Shown here in pieces: positions 25,919-37,160 of a DNA stretch of 64,000 nt. The position numbers and the translations under genes were made by a program. Source of the stretch: Octopus vulgaris (taxonomy: Eukaryota); NCBI GenBank assembly GCA_951406725.2, contig OX597838.1, positions 992,001-1,056,000 of the forward strand, read 5' to 3'. Position 1 is the stretch's first letter. Each line of letters starts with the position of its first letter. Below the pieces are notes generated by a model. It had not been told where the DNA came from. It did no database searches and saw only the letters and a program-made list of their open reading frames with translations.

Positions 25919-28900
25919 ATGAGATTGAACCAAGGTGAAGTCTATCCGGACTCCTGTCGGGCAGCTACCTTCCATAAGGATTTAACTCACTGCCATTGTT
26001 ACCAAGTTCCCGTTCAACGCCCTCGAATCGAACTCACGCTATATCTCACCGTAGCATTGTTTAACAACGAACTTCCTTCAAATGATTCCACATCCTCTCA
26101 TATAACGCGGCAGAGAGCAACGTCTCCTGAAGCATTGCCCACAATCTCAGTCACATCAGAACCAACGAAACCAAATCGTTCAATTGTGCCTTCGACGTCT
26201 TTGACGTTTTCAGATTCAAAAACCGAAAAACAATTAACTTCATCTTCATCGACATCAACAGCGAAAACGACGACATTGATGACAACGCCGTCACCGTCAG
26301 TGCCAAATATGACGGCATCATTAACGTCAACGTCATTGGCGTCAACACAATACAAACCAACAAAAGCATTAACAAAACCAGAATCGTCAACCACGTCACC
26401 AAATTTAGCAATGGCAGCTTCTACGACGTCGACGTCAACAGATTTAACGTCGGTGACGTCAACAGTAGGAAAACAATCAACAAGAGAAACGCTATCAACA
26501 CGTTCAACGTCAAAATCAACAAATCAATCGATGTCATCGAAACTTTTAATAACGTCGCCGACGTCATCAAGAACAACAGCAATGAATCGATTTTTATGGT
26601 TGTCGCAATTAATGTTTCTGTTATTGATGTCCATCTCTTCGGTGGTCAGCTTCCCCACGCAACCAGCCGAGACATACGGTGATAACAATGTTAGTGTCTA
26701 TGTGAAACAACCCACTCCTTTAGTGACCGTTGAGTTGTCCGTCCTTGACCAGAAACAAACCGAAACAACTGCTGAAACTAAAACTGGGGACCATATAACT
26801 CATCCCCGTTTACAAACGGACAAGGGTCAACATTTCTCGCCTGAAATATCAGTGAAACTGATCAATCTGTTGGGGAGCCCCAGTACTTCTAACCCGATCT
26901 TCGATGTCTCCGGGACTGAGTCTTCCCAGTTCGTGACGGAAAGTGGAAATGAAACGATTCTGCTGGACATGAAACCAACCTCGGCACCGACCAACCAATC
27001 CGTAAACCTCGCAGTCATTCCAGTGCTTGGTATCTTCTTTCTCATGGTAATACTTTGGATGAAATGTTCCACTTGGTTCCGTGATCAATTGAGGGATAAT
27101 GATTTAGAAGATGATGGCAAAGAATATGTAATATTGAGTCCACCGGAAGAAGGTTATCGGGAAGTGGAGTTCCGGTCGGACACGTCATCAATGTATTATG
27201 ATACAGTCTCCTCGTACCGTTCCATCCTTCGCCAGAAAGTGGAATATGGTGGCTTCAATAATTACGACACGGTTACTTCCATTCGTTCGATCCTGCAACA
27301 ACGAACAGACGTTTGTGATGCGGCGGTTCAGGTGAAACTCCAAGGCGAACATCTAAAGACAGATCGATGGAAAAGTGTATCTGGGATATTGAACAATAGC
27401 GGTAGTAGCTCTGACCTTTTGAAAGTGCCTAAGAAAACTCACCGCCAGGTATCCTTTCAAACAAGCCAGAATGAAAGCTACGACCCACCACTTCAACAGA
27501 CCTGTGATGCTAATATTCAGGTCGGTGACTCGAGTACCGAACGAATGAAAAACAAAGAGCAAGCTCGTTTACTACAGAAACCGGTTGATCCGAACCTTGG
27601 CAGCGGTGCCGAAGTCTCCAAGTGTTTTGGTAGTGGAACTCAGCTGTCGATGCAGAGCAGCAATACTTCGCTAATAGGACTCGATATCTTCGGTGTTCCT
27701 TATCCATCAACTTCCCATCAAGAGGATAATGACGCCACAAGGCAACAAGAAACGCCTGGTAGCGATGGTAGTGGTGGTGGTGAACGTGAAGGGAGCGTAG
27801 GAGAGACGAGTTCCTATGGTGGGACCAGTAGTGTGACAAGCAAAGATGAACCGGCGCAATGTGAAATCATCAACCCGAAACACAGAAGAGTCCATCAATT
27901 TCAGGTTTTGAGAGTTGACAGCAGTGATGGACTCTACCGAGAACCAGTTCAAAGCAAAGACGCTGAGTTGACCAGCGAAACAACAGATGTGTCCGAGAAA
28001 GACAGTACTTTACCCACGGAGACTTCACAAGATGATTACAGCCTGGCCCAGTCTCTAACCCATCCGCATCACTACTTATGTAGAAGGTTAAAACAAGCCA
28101 AAAGACGCTGCAAAGACCCCACGGGACCGATTACCGATTCAATATCAGACTTTAAACCTCCAATATTCAGTGAAGTGAAATTTGGTCAGCCTCCGTCTGA
28201 TGAAGACGAGTGTGATTACGTGGACGACATTAATCTGCCAGTAAAACATGGCACACAGCGAAACAGTGGACTTTCACAGACGTTGTTTATAGATGAAAAT
28301 AACGAGAATAATTGCTGGTGTGAACAGACGATGGAATCAGGAAAGGGAGATAAACTGAATCGACTGCTAGAGGCTCATGCATCATGTGTGGCGGCGGCAC
28401 CGAGAGCTTCTCCAATATCGATGCATTCGTCTGCCGCATCGAGCACATTATCGTCACATTCCTCGTGTTCTTCGTTGGAAGCCATCAAAGACGAAATCAA
28501 CGAAGACGGCGGCGAGGATGGAAGAGGCTTGGCACTTGCGCAGGACGCTTCCTCTTACATTACTCAAGGAATGTACGCCGAAGAAGAGACGCCGCTGATT
28601 ATGGACCTGGCTGGCGACTCGCCGTGCCAGTCGCCCGAGATCCACGCTCTCGTCAGACAGAGAGGTCATCGTTCAAGTAGCGGATATGAAACACAAGGAC
28701 ATGAGACTCCGAGTACCGCCAAGGGTCACGTGCCGGAAACCGGAGACACTTCCTGTGACGTCACACCGCTGACTTCGTCGACCAATTCTTTGCACGAGTG
28801 TTGCGATGGCAAGCGGTGCACCATATTGGCGGAAGCACAGAGTGCTCAACATCCGCTTTCTACACACTCGCACCAACAGCCTCTCCCTCACCCCCAACAC

Positions 28901-29542
28901 CACCTTCATCATCATCCTCATCACTATCATCATCATCAACAACAACAGCAGCAGCAGCAGCAGGATCAGTTAGCAGAAACGTTAAAGACTCAACCGGGGG
29001 TACCCCAGGATACCCCTCGGATTCCTTCATACATTCCACACAACACATTTCGCCAGGAAACGCGACACGATGACAACAACAACAACAACAACAACAACTT
29101 GAGACGCAGTGTCATGGAACGGAATCAAAGTCTTGACCAAAGACTGAGCTTGACCTCAACTTCCGCCACCAAGAACACAAACAACAACAGCAGTAGTAGC
29201 AGCAGTAGCAGTGCCATTGGTGGTGGTATTACAGGTGGTAGTGGCAACAACAATAACAACAACAGCAACACGATTAGAAACCAAATACAGAGAATTCCTG
29301 ATACAGGAAGCGACGATTTGAGGTCAACGGCTACGGGCTCGACCCGGCTTGCTGAGCCAAACATAGTCCAACATGAAGAACCAATAGATTTCAAGAGATT
29401 CCATCGGAAACCGGTTCCACCAATTCTGCATGAGAAAGAACCATTGCTGTTGCCTAGCAACTACAGCGCTCCAACCACGACACCTACTGCTGACGTACAC
29501 CTTCCAAACACAGAGACAGAGAGTAATTTTGAAATAGTTTAA
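25919..29542 (+). CDS. Uncharacterised 1207-aa probable single-pass membrane protein (Ser/Thr-rich region, TM helix, long disordered Tyr-motif tail)
   Basis: 3.6-kb stop-free ORF of mostly non-repetitive sequence, preceded by the acceptor ttttctag| (25898). Signal-like MNRFLWLSQLMFLLLMSISSVVSF starts at aa 222 (26582); TM LAVIPVLGIFFLMVILWM at about aa 364-381; polyH/Q/N tracts; ends FEIV. No family recognised. Confidence 0.9.
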   Translation: MRLNQGEVYPDSCRAATFHKDLTHCHCYQVPVQRPRIELTLYLTVALFNNELPSNDSTSSHITRQRATSPEALPTISVTSEPTKPNRSIVPSTSLTFSDSKTEKQLTSSSSTSTAKTTTLMTTPSPSVPNMTASLTSTSLASTQYKPTKALTKPESSTTSPNLAMAASTTSTSTDLTSVTSTVGKQSTRETLSTRSTSKSTNQSMSSKLLITSPTSSRTTAMNRFLWLSQLMFLLLMSISSVVSFPTQPAETYGDNNVSVYVKQPTPLVTVELSVLDQKQTETTAETKTGDHITHPRLQTDKGQHFSPEISVKLINLLGSPSTSNPIFDVSGTESSQFVTESGNETILLDMKPTSAPTNQSVNLAVIPVLGIFFLMVILWMKCSTWFRDQLRDNDLEDDGKEYVILSPPEEGYREVEFRSDTSSMYYDTVSSYRSILRQKVEYGGFNNYDTVTSIRSILQQRTDVCDAAVQVKLQGEHLKTDRWKSVSGILNNSGSSSDLLKVPKKTHRQVSFQTSQNESYDPPLQQTCDANIQVGDSSTERMKNKEQARLLQKPVDPNLGSGAEVSKCFGSGTQLSMQSSNTSLIGLDIFGVPYPSTSHQEDNDATRQQETPGSDGSGGGEREGSVGETSSYGGTSSVTSKDEPAQCEIINPKHRRVHQFQVLRVDSSDGLYREPVQSKDAELTSETTDVSEKDSTLPTETSQDDYSLAQSLTHPHHYLCRRLKQAKRRCKDPTGPITDSISDFKPPIFSEVKFGQPPSDEDECDYVDDINLPVKHGTQRNSGLSQTLFIDENNENNCWCEQTMESGKGDKLNRLLEAHASCVAAAPRASPISMHSSAASSTLSSHSSCSSLEAIKDEINEDGGEDGRGLALAQDASSYITQGMYAEEETPLIMDLAGDSPCQSPEIHALVRQRGHRSSSGYETQGHETPSTAKGHVPETGDTSCDVTPLTSSTNSLHECCDGKRCTILAEAQSAQHPLSTHSHQQPLPHPQHHLHHHPHHYHHHQQQQQQQQQDQLAETLKTQPGVPQDTPRIPSYIPHNTFRQETRHDDNNNNNNNNLRRSVMERNQSLDQRLSLTSTSATKNTNNNSSSSSSSSAIGGGITGGSGNNNNNNSNTIRNQIQRIPDTGSDDLRSTATGSTRLAEPNIVQHEEPIDFKRFHRKPVPPILHEKEPLLLPSNYSAPTTTPTADVHLPNTETESNFEIV

Positions 29543-29711
29543 CATGGATGGAAGAGAGGGGAGGGGTGCGAATGACTTGAAGTACCAGTCAAATAATGGG
29601 AGTATAATCGACTACACCCACCCACGAAAATTACTGGTCTTATGCCAAAATTTGAACCAAGTATTATCATTATTATTATTATCATTATTATTATTATCAT
29701 TATTATTATTA

Positions 29712-29743
<32 letters not shown>

Positions 29744-29764
29744 GTTATTGTTATTATTATTGCA

Positions 29765-29975
29765 GTGCAATGGCAGACTCAGTACAGAGACGGATTACAT
29801 ACATTATGATGTTTTCTTTGGAACTTTTATGTTCTGTGTTCAAATCCTACCGACGCCAAATTTATGTTTCGTTCTTTCAGGGACGATAGAATCAAATATC
29901 AGTCATACACTGGGGGCGCGATTACATCGACAGTCCTCCCTCAAGAATGTATTGCTTTGTGCCAAAATTTGAAAC
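29765..29975 (+). mobile_element. SINE family A copy (diverged) in the presumed 3'UTR
   Basis: gttcaaatcctaccgacgcc...ctttcagggacgataga...gtgccaaaatttgaaac. Confidence 0.65.
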
Positions 29976-30069
29976 AGCCACCAATCACCACCACCTCCAC
30001 CATCACCACCACCACCTCCATCATCACCACAACAACAACCATCTTAAAACCGTTACATCAGTTGTTGTT

Positions 30070-30109
<40 letters not shown>

Positions 30110-30632
30110 CAACAACGACAACAACAACAACAACAATAATCATTGCCAGAATCATCATCATCATCATCGTCATTATCTTTCATCTCCAAAATTAAAAACA
30201 AAAAAGCAAATATACAATTTAATTTTAAACAATGTAAAAAAAAAAGATATTTTTCTCTTGTTTGAGAGACCGACTGTCTGTGACAGTTTGCTCCTCTCAC
30301 TTGCAATGTCCAAATTCTCTGTGATTGGCCAACCAGGAACTCACCTACCCACCCCCACCCTCAATTTCACACCCGATGATTACGAGTCGAAGAGAGTACT
30401 TCTGCGTGGTTGGTCACATGCTAGAGACAGTAGTCAAATCACACCTTACTGACTTGTGCATAGAAGGAGAAACATCGTGTAATGTAACCCCAAATACATT
30501 TTGTCTTATATGAAGACAACATCGTAACGGCCACGACTGGAACGGATCTGTTCATTGGTCTGCGAGATCAGGACTGACGGGCGCAAACAGACATCGTTAA
30601 CTAGAAACGTAGAACTCACCAACATGAAGTCC

Positions 30633-30664
<32 letters not shown>

Positions 30665-31249
30665 TACATCACACATACAAATACATAAATTATAAAGGCG
30701 AGCAATTTATACATATTTACATATATATTGTATATATATATATATAATTATACGCACGCACACACGCACGCACACGCGCGCGCACACATACACACATAGA
30801 CAGACGGACAGATTTATATATGTTGTGTTCTAGTTTATCAAAGTTTTGCCCATATTTTCCAACGAATTCACAAACGTACAAACCAGTAATCCAGCTACAA
30901 ACAACCAATGTGTCTTATTAATTCGAATTAAAATGTACTACGTTGTAAACTTAGCGACTACAACTGTTAAAATGGCCATAAAACACTCTGCCACCAACTC
31001 TCCGTACACTTACAACAATAACTCTGTACTACTTACAACAGAAAACTAGACAGGAACACACCAGTGAGCAATCACAACATCATTTCACAAAATTCATCTC
31101 AAAACGAGATGATTTATGAGAGTAAAAATACTTCTAACACAGTATTACACAAGTAGAAACACACAGACGACATACTGTAGATACATACAAATATACATAC
31201 ATGCATACATACATACATACATACATACATACATACATACATACATACA

Positions 31250-31338
<89 letters not shown>

Positions 31339-31624
31339 TACACATACATGCCTATATATATGCATGCATACATATATATTTGTATATATATACTTGTATA
31401 TATGTATAAGGAAAATTCCAAACAGACCTTATAATTTCACAAGTTTGCCTTTTTCAGCAGAGAAATCTCCAAACTCTCTCGGTTTCTCTGTTGACAGAAA
31501 CAAATTCCCAGACATTCTTCAAAATCAATTTATCATTCTTTGAACTAACAAAACCCAACTTTCAAAGTGTAGAGTCCCGTTAAAGTTGTCATTTCCCTTG
31601 TTCTTACGAACAAACATTACAACA

Positions 31625-32228
<604 letters not shown>

Positions 32229-32669
32229 TATATGTATTCCAAATATTTGAGATTGTCGGATTTTTTACGTCTTTTGTATCCTTTTATAACAAAATAAATC
32301 CTTACAAAATTTATTGTCATTTTTCTTGTTGCTGCTGCTGCTGTTGTTGTTGTTGTTTTTTGGATCTACCTCTCGGGAAGAAATGGTATGTATTATAATT
32401 CTGAAGGAAGAACAGAGCCCATAGCTTTTGCGGCAACAGACAGGGGTAAAGATGACCCGTGGAAGTATGTGGTCGGGGTACAATCACACCCAAGAATTAG
32501 CAGAATCAGTAGAGTGTCTGCGAAACCTTACTACGTTCTAAGCGCAAATCCGGCCAAGGGTGACGTTGAACTTCTTTTATATCGGGATCGATCCAGTAGC
32601 TGACAGATCGATTCATACTGGATTTTGATATAACCTATTATACACGCACACGTGTATAATATATATATA

Positions 32670-32825
32670 GGCGCAGGAGTGGCTGTGTGGTAACTTACTA
32701 ACCACATGGGTCCGGGTTCAGTCCCACTGTGTGGAACCTTCGGCAAGTGTCTTCTACTATAGCCTCGGGCAGACTAAAGCCTTGTGAGTGGATTTGGTAG
32801 ACAGAAACTGAAAGCCCGTCCTCTG

Positions 32826-32858
<33 letters not shown>

Positions 32859-33086
32859 CTGTGTGTGTGTGTGTGCGCGTGTATGCGTGCGCGCACGTGT
32901 CTGTCTGTATTTCACCCCCCAACATCGCGTGACGACCGATGCTGGTGTGTTTACGTCCCCGTTACTTAGCAGTTCAGCAAAAAAAAAAACCGATAGGTTT
33001 ACAAAGAATAAGTACTGGGGTCGATTTGGTCGACTAAAGCGGTGCTCAAGCATGGCTGCAGTCAAATGACTGAAACAAGTAAAAGA
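32670..33086 (+). mobile_element. tRNA-derived SINE, family B (CORE-like), full length
   Basis: ggcgcaggagtggctgtgtggtaa..gggttcagtccc head, accttcggcaagtgtctt CORE-like segment, internal (TG)n and tail gcatggctgcagtcaaatgactgaaacaagtaaaaga. Related pieces at about 1140-1315 and 19181-19282 (+). Confidence 0.9.
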
Positions 33087-33189
33087 ATATATATATATAT
33101 ATATATACACATATGTATATATATATACATATATATATACATATATATGTGTGTATATATATATATACATATATATGCATATATATATG

Positions 33190-33278
<89 letters not shown>

Positions 33279-33282
33279 CATA

Positions 33283-33545
33283 GTGGATGCGCAATGGCCC
33301 AGTCGTTAGGGCAGCGGACTCGCAGTTTCGATTCCCAGACCGGGCGTTGTGTGTGTTCATTGAGCGAAAACACCTAAAGCTCCACGGGGCTCCGGTAGGG
33401 GTGGTGGAGACTCCCTGTTGTACTCTTTCGCCACAACTTTCTCTCACTCTCTCTTTCTGTTTCTTGCGTAAGCTGGGGGGAACACATACCCCACAGAAAC
33501 CGGGAAACTGGGCCCATGAGCCTGGCTAGACTTGAAAAGGGCGAA
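33283..33545 (+). mobile_element. tRNA-derived SINE (another family)
   Basis: Head ggatgcgcaatggcccagtcgttagggcagcggactcgc..gtttcgattccc. Confidence 0.65.
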
Positions 33546-34162
33546 ACAAATATATATATAAATACACACACGTATAAATAGATGCAGTTCAGACATTTGG
33601 GTATGCTGAGTAGCTTCAGATACTTAAATATTAATCTAAATTCATCTCATAATCTTTTAATCCTTCTCGTGTGGTCAATTGGTCAACTGAGGCTGATTTA
33701 ATCGACTTAACTCGATTCCACCAACATTTCAGGCCTTCTGAACCGATATTAGAATTCAGTTTTATTCCAGTTGCAAACAGTTACTTCCCTTGAAATTTCG
33801 ATTAATCCAACACATTTATCTCCCTTTTCCACAAGTTTTATTTGTTAAAATAGAAATTATTTTTTGGCTCGAAAATCAATGAAATAACTGATCGATTTCT
33901 TCTCCTTAAAGGTGACCGATTTTGAAAGCGTTCTTTTGACAAATATCTGTTTTCAGGGCGGGAGGCCTTCGCAACAACCTCCAATGCTCTCGGCTAACCT
34001 TCAACTCTTACTGTTTTCTTGTCAAACCTTTTCTCCTGCTTCACCGAACCAGGATCCCCTGAAACTTATCATCGCATTTCTGAGGTTCTTACCGAAGCAG
34101 TCTGAGCAGAACCTTCTTCCCCCACAACTTTAATACCTTCTTTTTTTAATATTCTTTTAATG

Positions 34163-34510
34163 TTTTTACTTGTTTCAGTCCTTTGACTGCGCCCATGCTG
34201 GAGCAGCACCTTGAAACATTTTCGTTGAATGAATCGACCCCAATACTTTAGTTTCTTTTGAAGCCTGTTACTTATTGTATTGGTCACTTTTGCTGAACCA
34301 CTAAGTCACTTGTTAAACACCAATGTCAAGAAGTGATGGGCGTGGACAGGGAAATAGCAGACACAAACATACACGACAGGCTTCTTTCAGTTTCCATCAA
34401 CCAAATTCACTCACAATGATTTGGTCGGTTTGAGGCTGAAGTAGAAGACACTCGCCCAAGGTGCCACACCATGAGACAACCCAAAACCATGTGATTGGGA
34501 AACAAACTTC
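34163..34510 (-). mobile_element. SINE family B copy
   Basis: ttttacttgtttcagtc...gaagacactcgcccaaggtgccac is the reverse complement of the 32670 copy. Confidence 0.85.
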
Positions 34511-34614
34511 ATGCTCACCTCCAACCAAAATGACCCCTCCCCCTACTTTGGAGTGGAGCACAAGACATTTCTTTCTCAAACAAAGAAAACCCCTCAAACC
34601 CACCATTCTAGGAA

Positions 34615-34815
34615 TTCTTTCTAATAAAAAGGTACAAGGGCTGAGGATAATCAATTACATCAACCCCAGTATATAACTGGTACTTATTTCATCAACCCCG
34701 AAAGAATGAAAGGCAAAGCGACCTCAACAGAATTTGAACTCAGAATGTTAAGACAGACGAAATGCCAGCAAGCATTTTGCCCAGCATGCTTAACAACTCT
34801 GCCAGCTGACCGTCT
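34615..34815 (-). mobile_element. SINE family A copy
   Basis: ggtacttatttcatcaaccccgaaagaatgaaaggcaaag...atttgaactcagaa. Confidence 0.85.
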
Positions 34816-34934
34816 TAACCCTTTGAGCCCGTAACCCCAGTTTAGCAGTGGACGGCTAATTTTTCTCTATACTGTAGCACCGGTGGCATGCCAGGTATAT
34901 CATAAAATAAGGTTCAGGAGGTCAAAGGGGTTAA
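34815..34934. mobile_element. piggyBac-type MITE
   Basis: TTAA target duplication on both sides (34815-34818, 34931-34934) with CCCTTTGA...TCAAAGGGG termini. Confidence 0.65.
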
Positions 34935-36500
34935 TAATGTTAATAAATACTGTTGCTAAAATCATCATCATCATCATCGTTTAACGTCCGCTTTCCATGC
35001 TAGAATGGGTTGGACGATTTTGACTGAGGACTGGTGAACCAGATGTCTGCACCAGGCTCCAATCTTGATCTGGCAGAGCTTCTACAGCTGGATGCCCTTC
35101 CTAACGACAACCACTCCGATAGTGTAGTGGGTGCTTTTTACGTGCCCCCGGTACGGGGCGTGCCACTGGCACGGAAAATAAATAAAACAAACAACAATAT
35201 AAAAAAGGTAATAAATTTTATTCTATAAATTATGTGATAAATACCAGTAGTCATGCAATATTTAGTCCCCAGTGGCTGTAAAGGAAGATGGATTACAGTG
35301 ATAGAAAGGGGTTGATCGGAGTATAGTGTCTGGTCATTAAGAGTAAATATGGCCATAGCTGAACTGACCAGTGATATGAAATAATAACCAATGTAAATTT
35401 ACAGAAATATTAGCAGAAATAAAGGACAAGAAGAACACAAACAACAATATTTATTTACTGAAACAAGAGACACACTTTTATCTCTTAACTTCTTGTATGG
35501 CACAGTCACACATGCGACTCTGTAGAAGTCAATTTTGAAATACAGAATATCACAAAAATCATACGAATCTTGTTTACATTCATTTTTAAGGAAGAGAAAG
35601 AATCTCATTACAAGACAGGGCTCTTAATGAGGTCTTAAGGGTTAACGTAGTAAACACTGTGGACCATGTGGTCACAGGTTCAAATGTTGAGTAGTCTCCA
35701 GATTGACAGGACAAATTTTGGGAGGTTTTTAAGTAAATTGTGGGGGGGGGGGGGGCAGGTGCAATGTTTATGGTTTTGCATGTGGAATTAGCAACACAAG
35801 TGAAGTGAAATGAGTACAACCAGGAAAGGAAACTGGAGTATACAGCATGATCCAGGGATCACAATTAAAATACCAGGAATGGTGGTGGTTGTAGTGCAAT
35901 GTTGCATACACCAACCATTTCTGCCCCATCCAAGCAACTACCCCCAGAAGGGAGAAAGACACAATTACACAGGTGCACATTAGTGAGAGGGGGGAGTGAG
36001 GGTACTTCGAGAGAGCTGACAAAGACCACTGATCCACCCCTGAGTAACAGAAGAAAAGGGTATTTACAAAGACACACATATTCACAAACACACTTGCAGA
36101 AATATGTACACACACACACACACATACAGAAATATGTACACACACTCATACATACATACATACAGAAATATATATCTAGACACACACATACAAAAATATG
36201 TAGACACACACACAGTAATTAATAAAGGATGTGTAAAACGGTGAAATGATTGAGAAAGAAGAGTGAAGCTGCAACAGAAGGGCCAGGGGGGGGAGGCCTG
36301 CAGGGAAACAGGGTCAATTAGAAATGATTAAGATATAAAGGGGACAGAATAGGTAACAGGATGACAAGGGTTTATCTTTAAATCACAAAAACAACAAACA
36401 CTCATTTACAATTCTTCGCCAAATAACTAGAAATGCTTGCAGAGTTTTCTGAAAATTCTTTTAATAAAAAAAAAAAATAATAATAATAATAATAATAATG

Positions 36501-37062
36501 CTTTCAAATTTTGGCACAAGGCCAGCACTTCAGGGGGAGGGGATGAGTCAATTACATTAACTGGTACTTATTTTATTGACCCCGAAAGGATGAAAGCCAA
36601 AGTCAACCTTGGTGGAATTTGAACTCAGAACGTAGTATCAGGCGAAATACTGCTAAGCAATTTTCCCAATGTGCTAACGATCCTGCCAGCTGATTGCCTT
36701 AATAACAGTAATAATAATGGTTTCAAATTTTTGCACAAGGCCAGCAATTTAGGGGGAAGGGATCAATTATATTTCCCTCCCACTGCTCAAATGGTAAATG
36801 TAAGGATGAAGGGCAAAGTTGACCTTGATGACATTTGAACTCAAAATGTGAAAACGGATAAAATGCCAGGAAGCATATTGTTCGGTGAGGAAATGGCTCT
36901 GCCATAATAATAATAATTCTTTCTATTATAAGAATAAGGCATGAAATTTTGGGGGAGGGAGTAAAGTGATTACATCAACCCCAGTGCATAACTGGTACTT
37001 GTTTTTTTTTTTTACCCTGAAAGGATAAAAGGCAGAGCCAACTTAAGTGGAATTTGAACTCA
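36501..37062 (-). mobile_element. Tandem cluster of three SINE family A copies
   Basis: Copies at about 36501-36701, 36720-36905 and 36920-37062, each with aaggatgaa.g.caaagt..acctt..atttgaactca, separated by (TAA)n tracts. Confidence 0.85.
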
Positions 37063-37124
37063 GGAAAAGTGTTAGTAATTTCAAATGTTGGTACAAAGAC
37101 GAGTAATTCTGAGGAGTCACTCGC

Positions 37125-37160
<36 letters not shown>

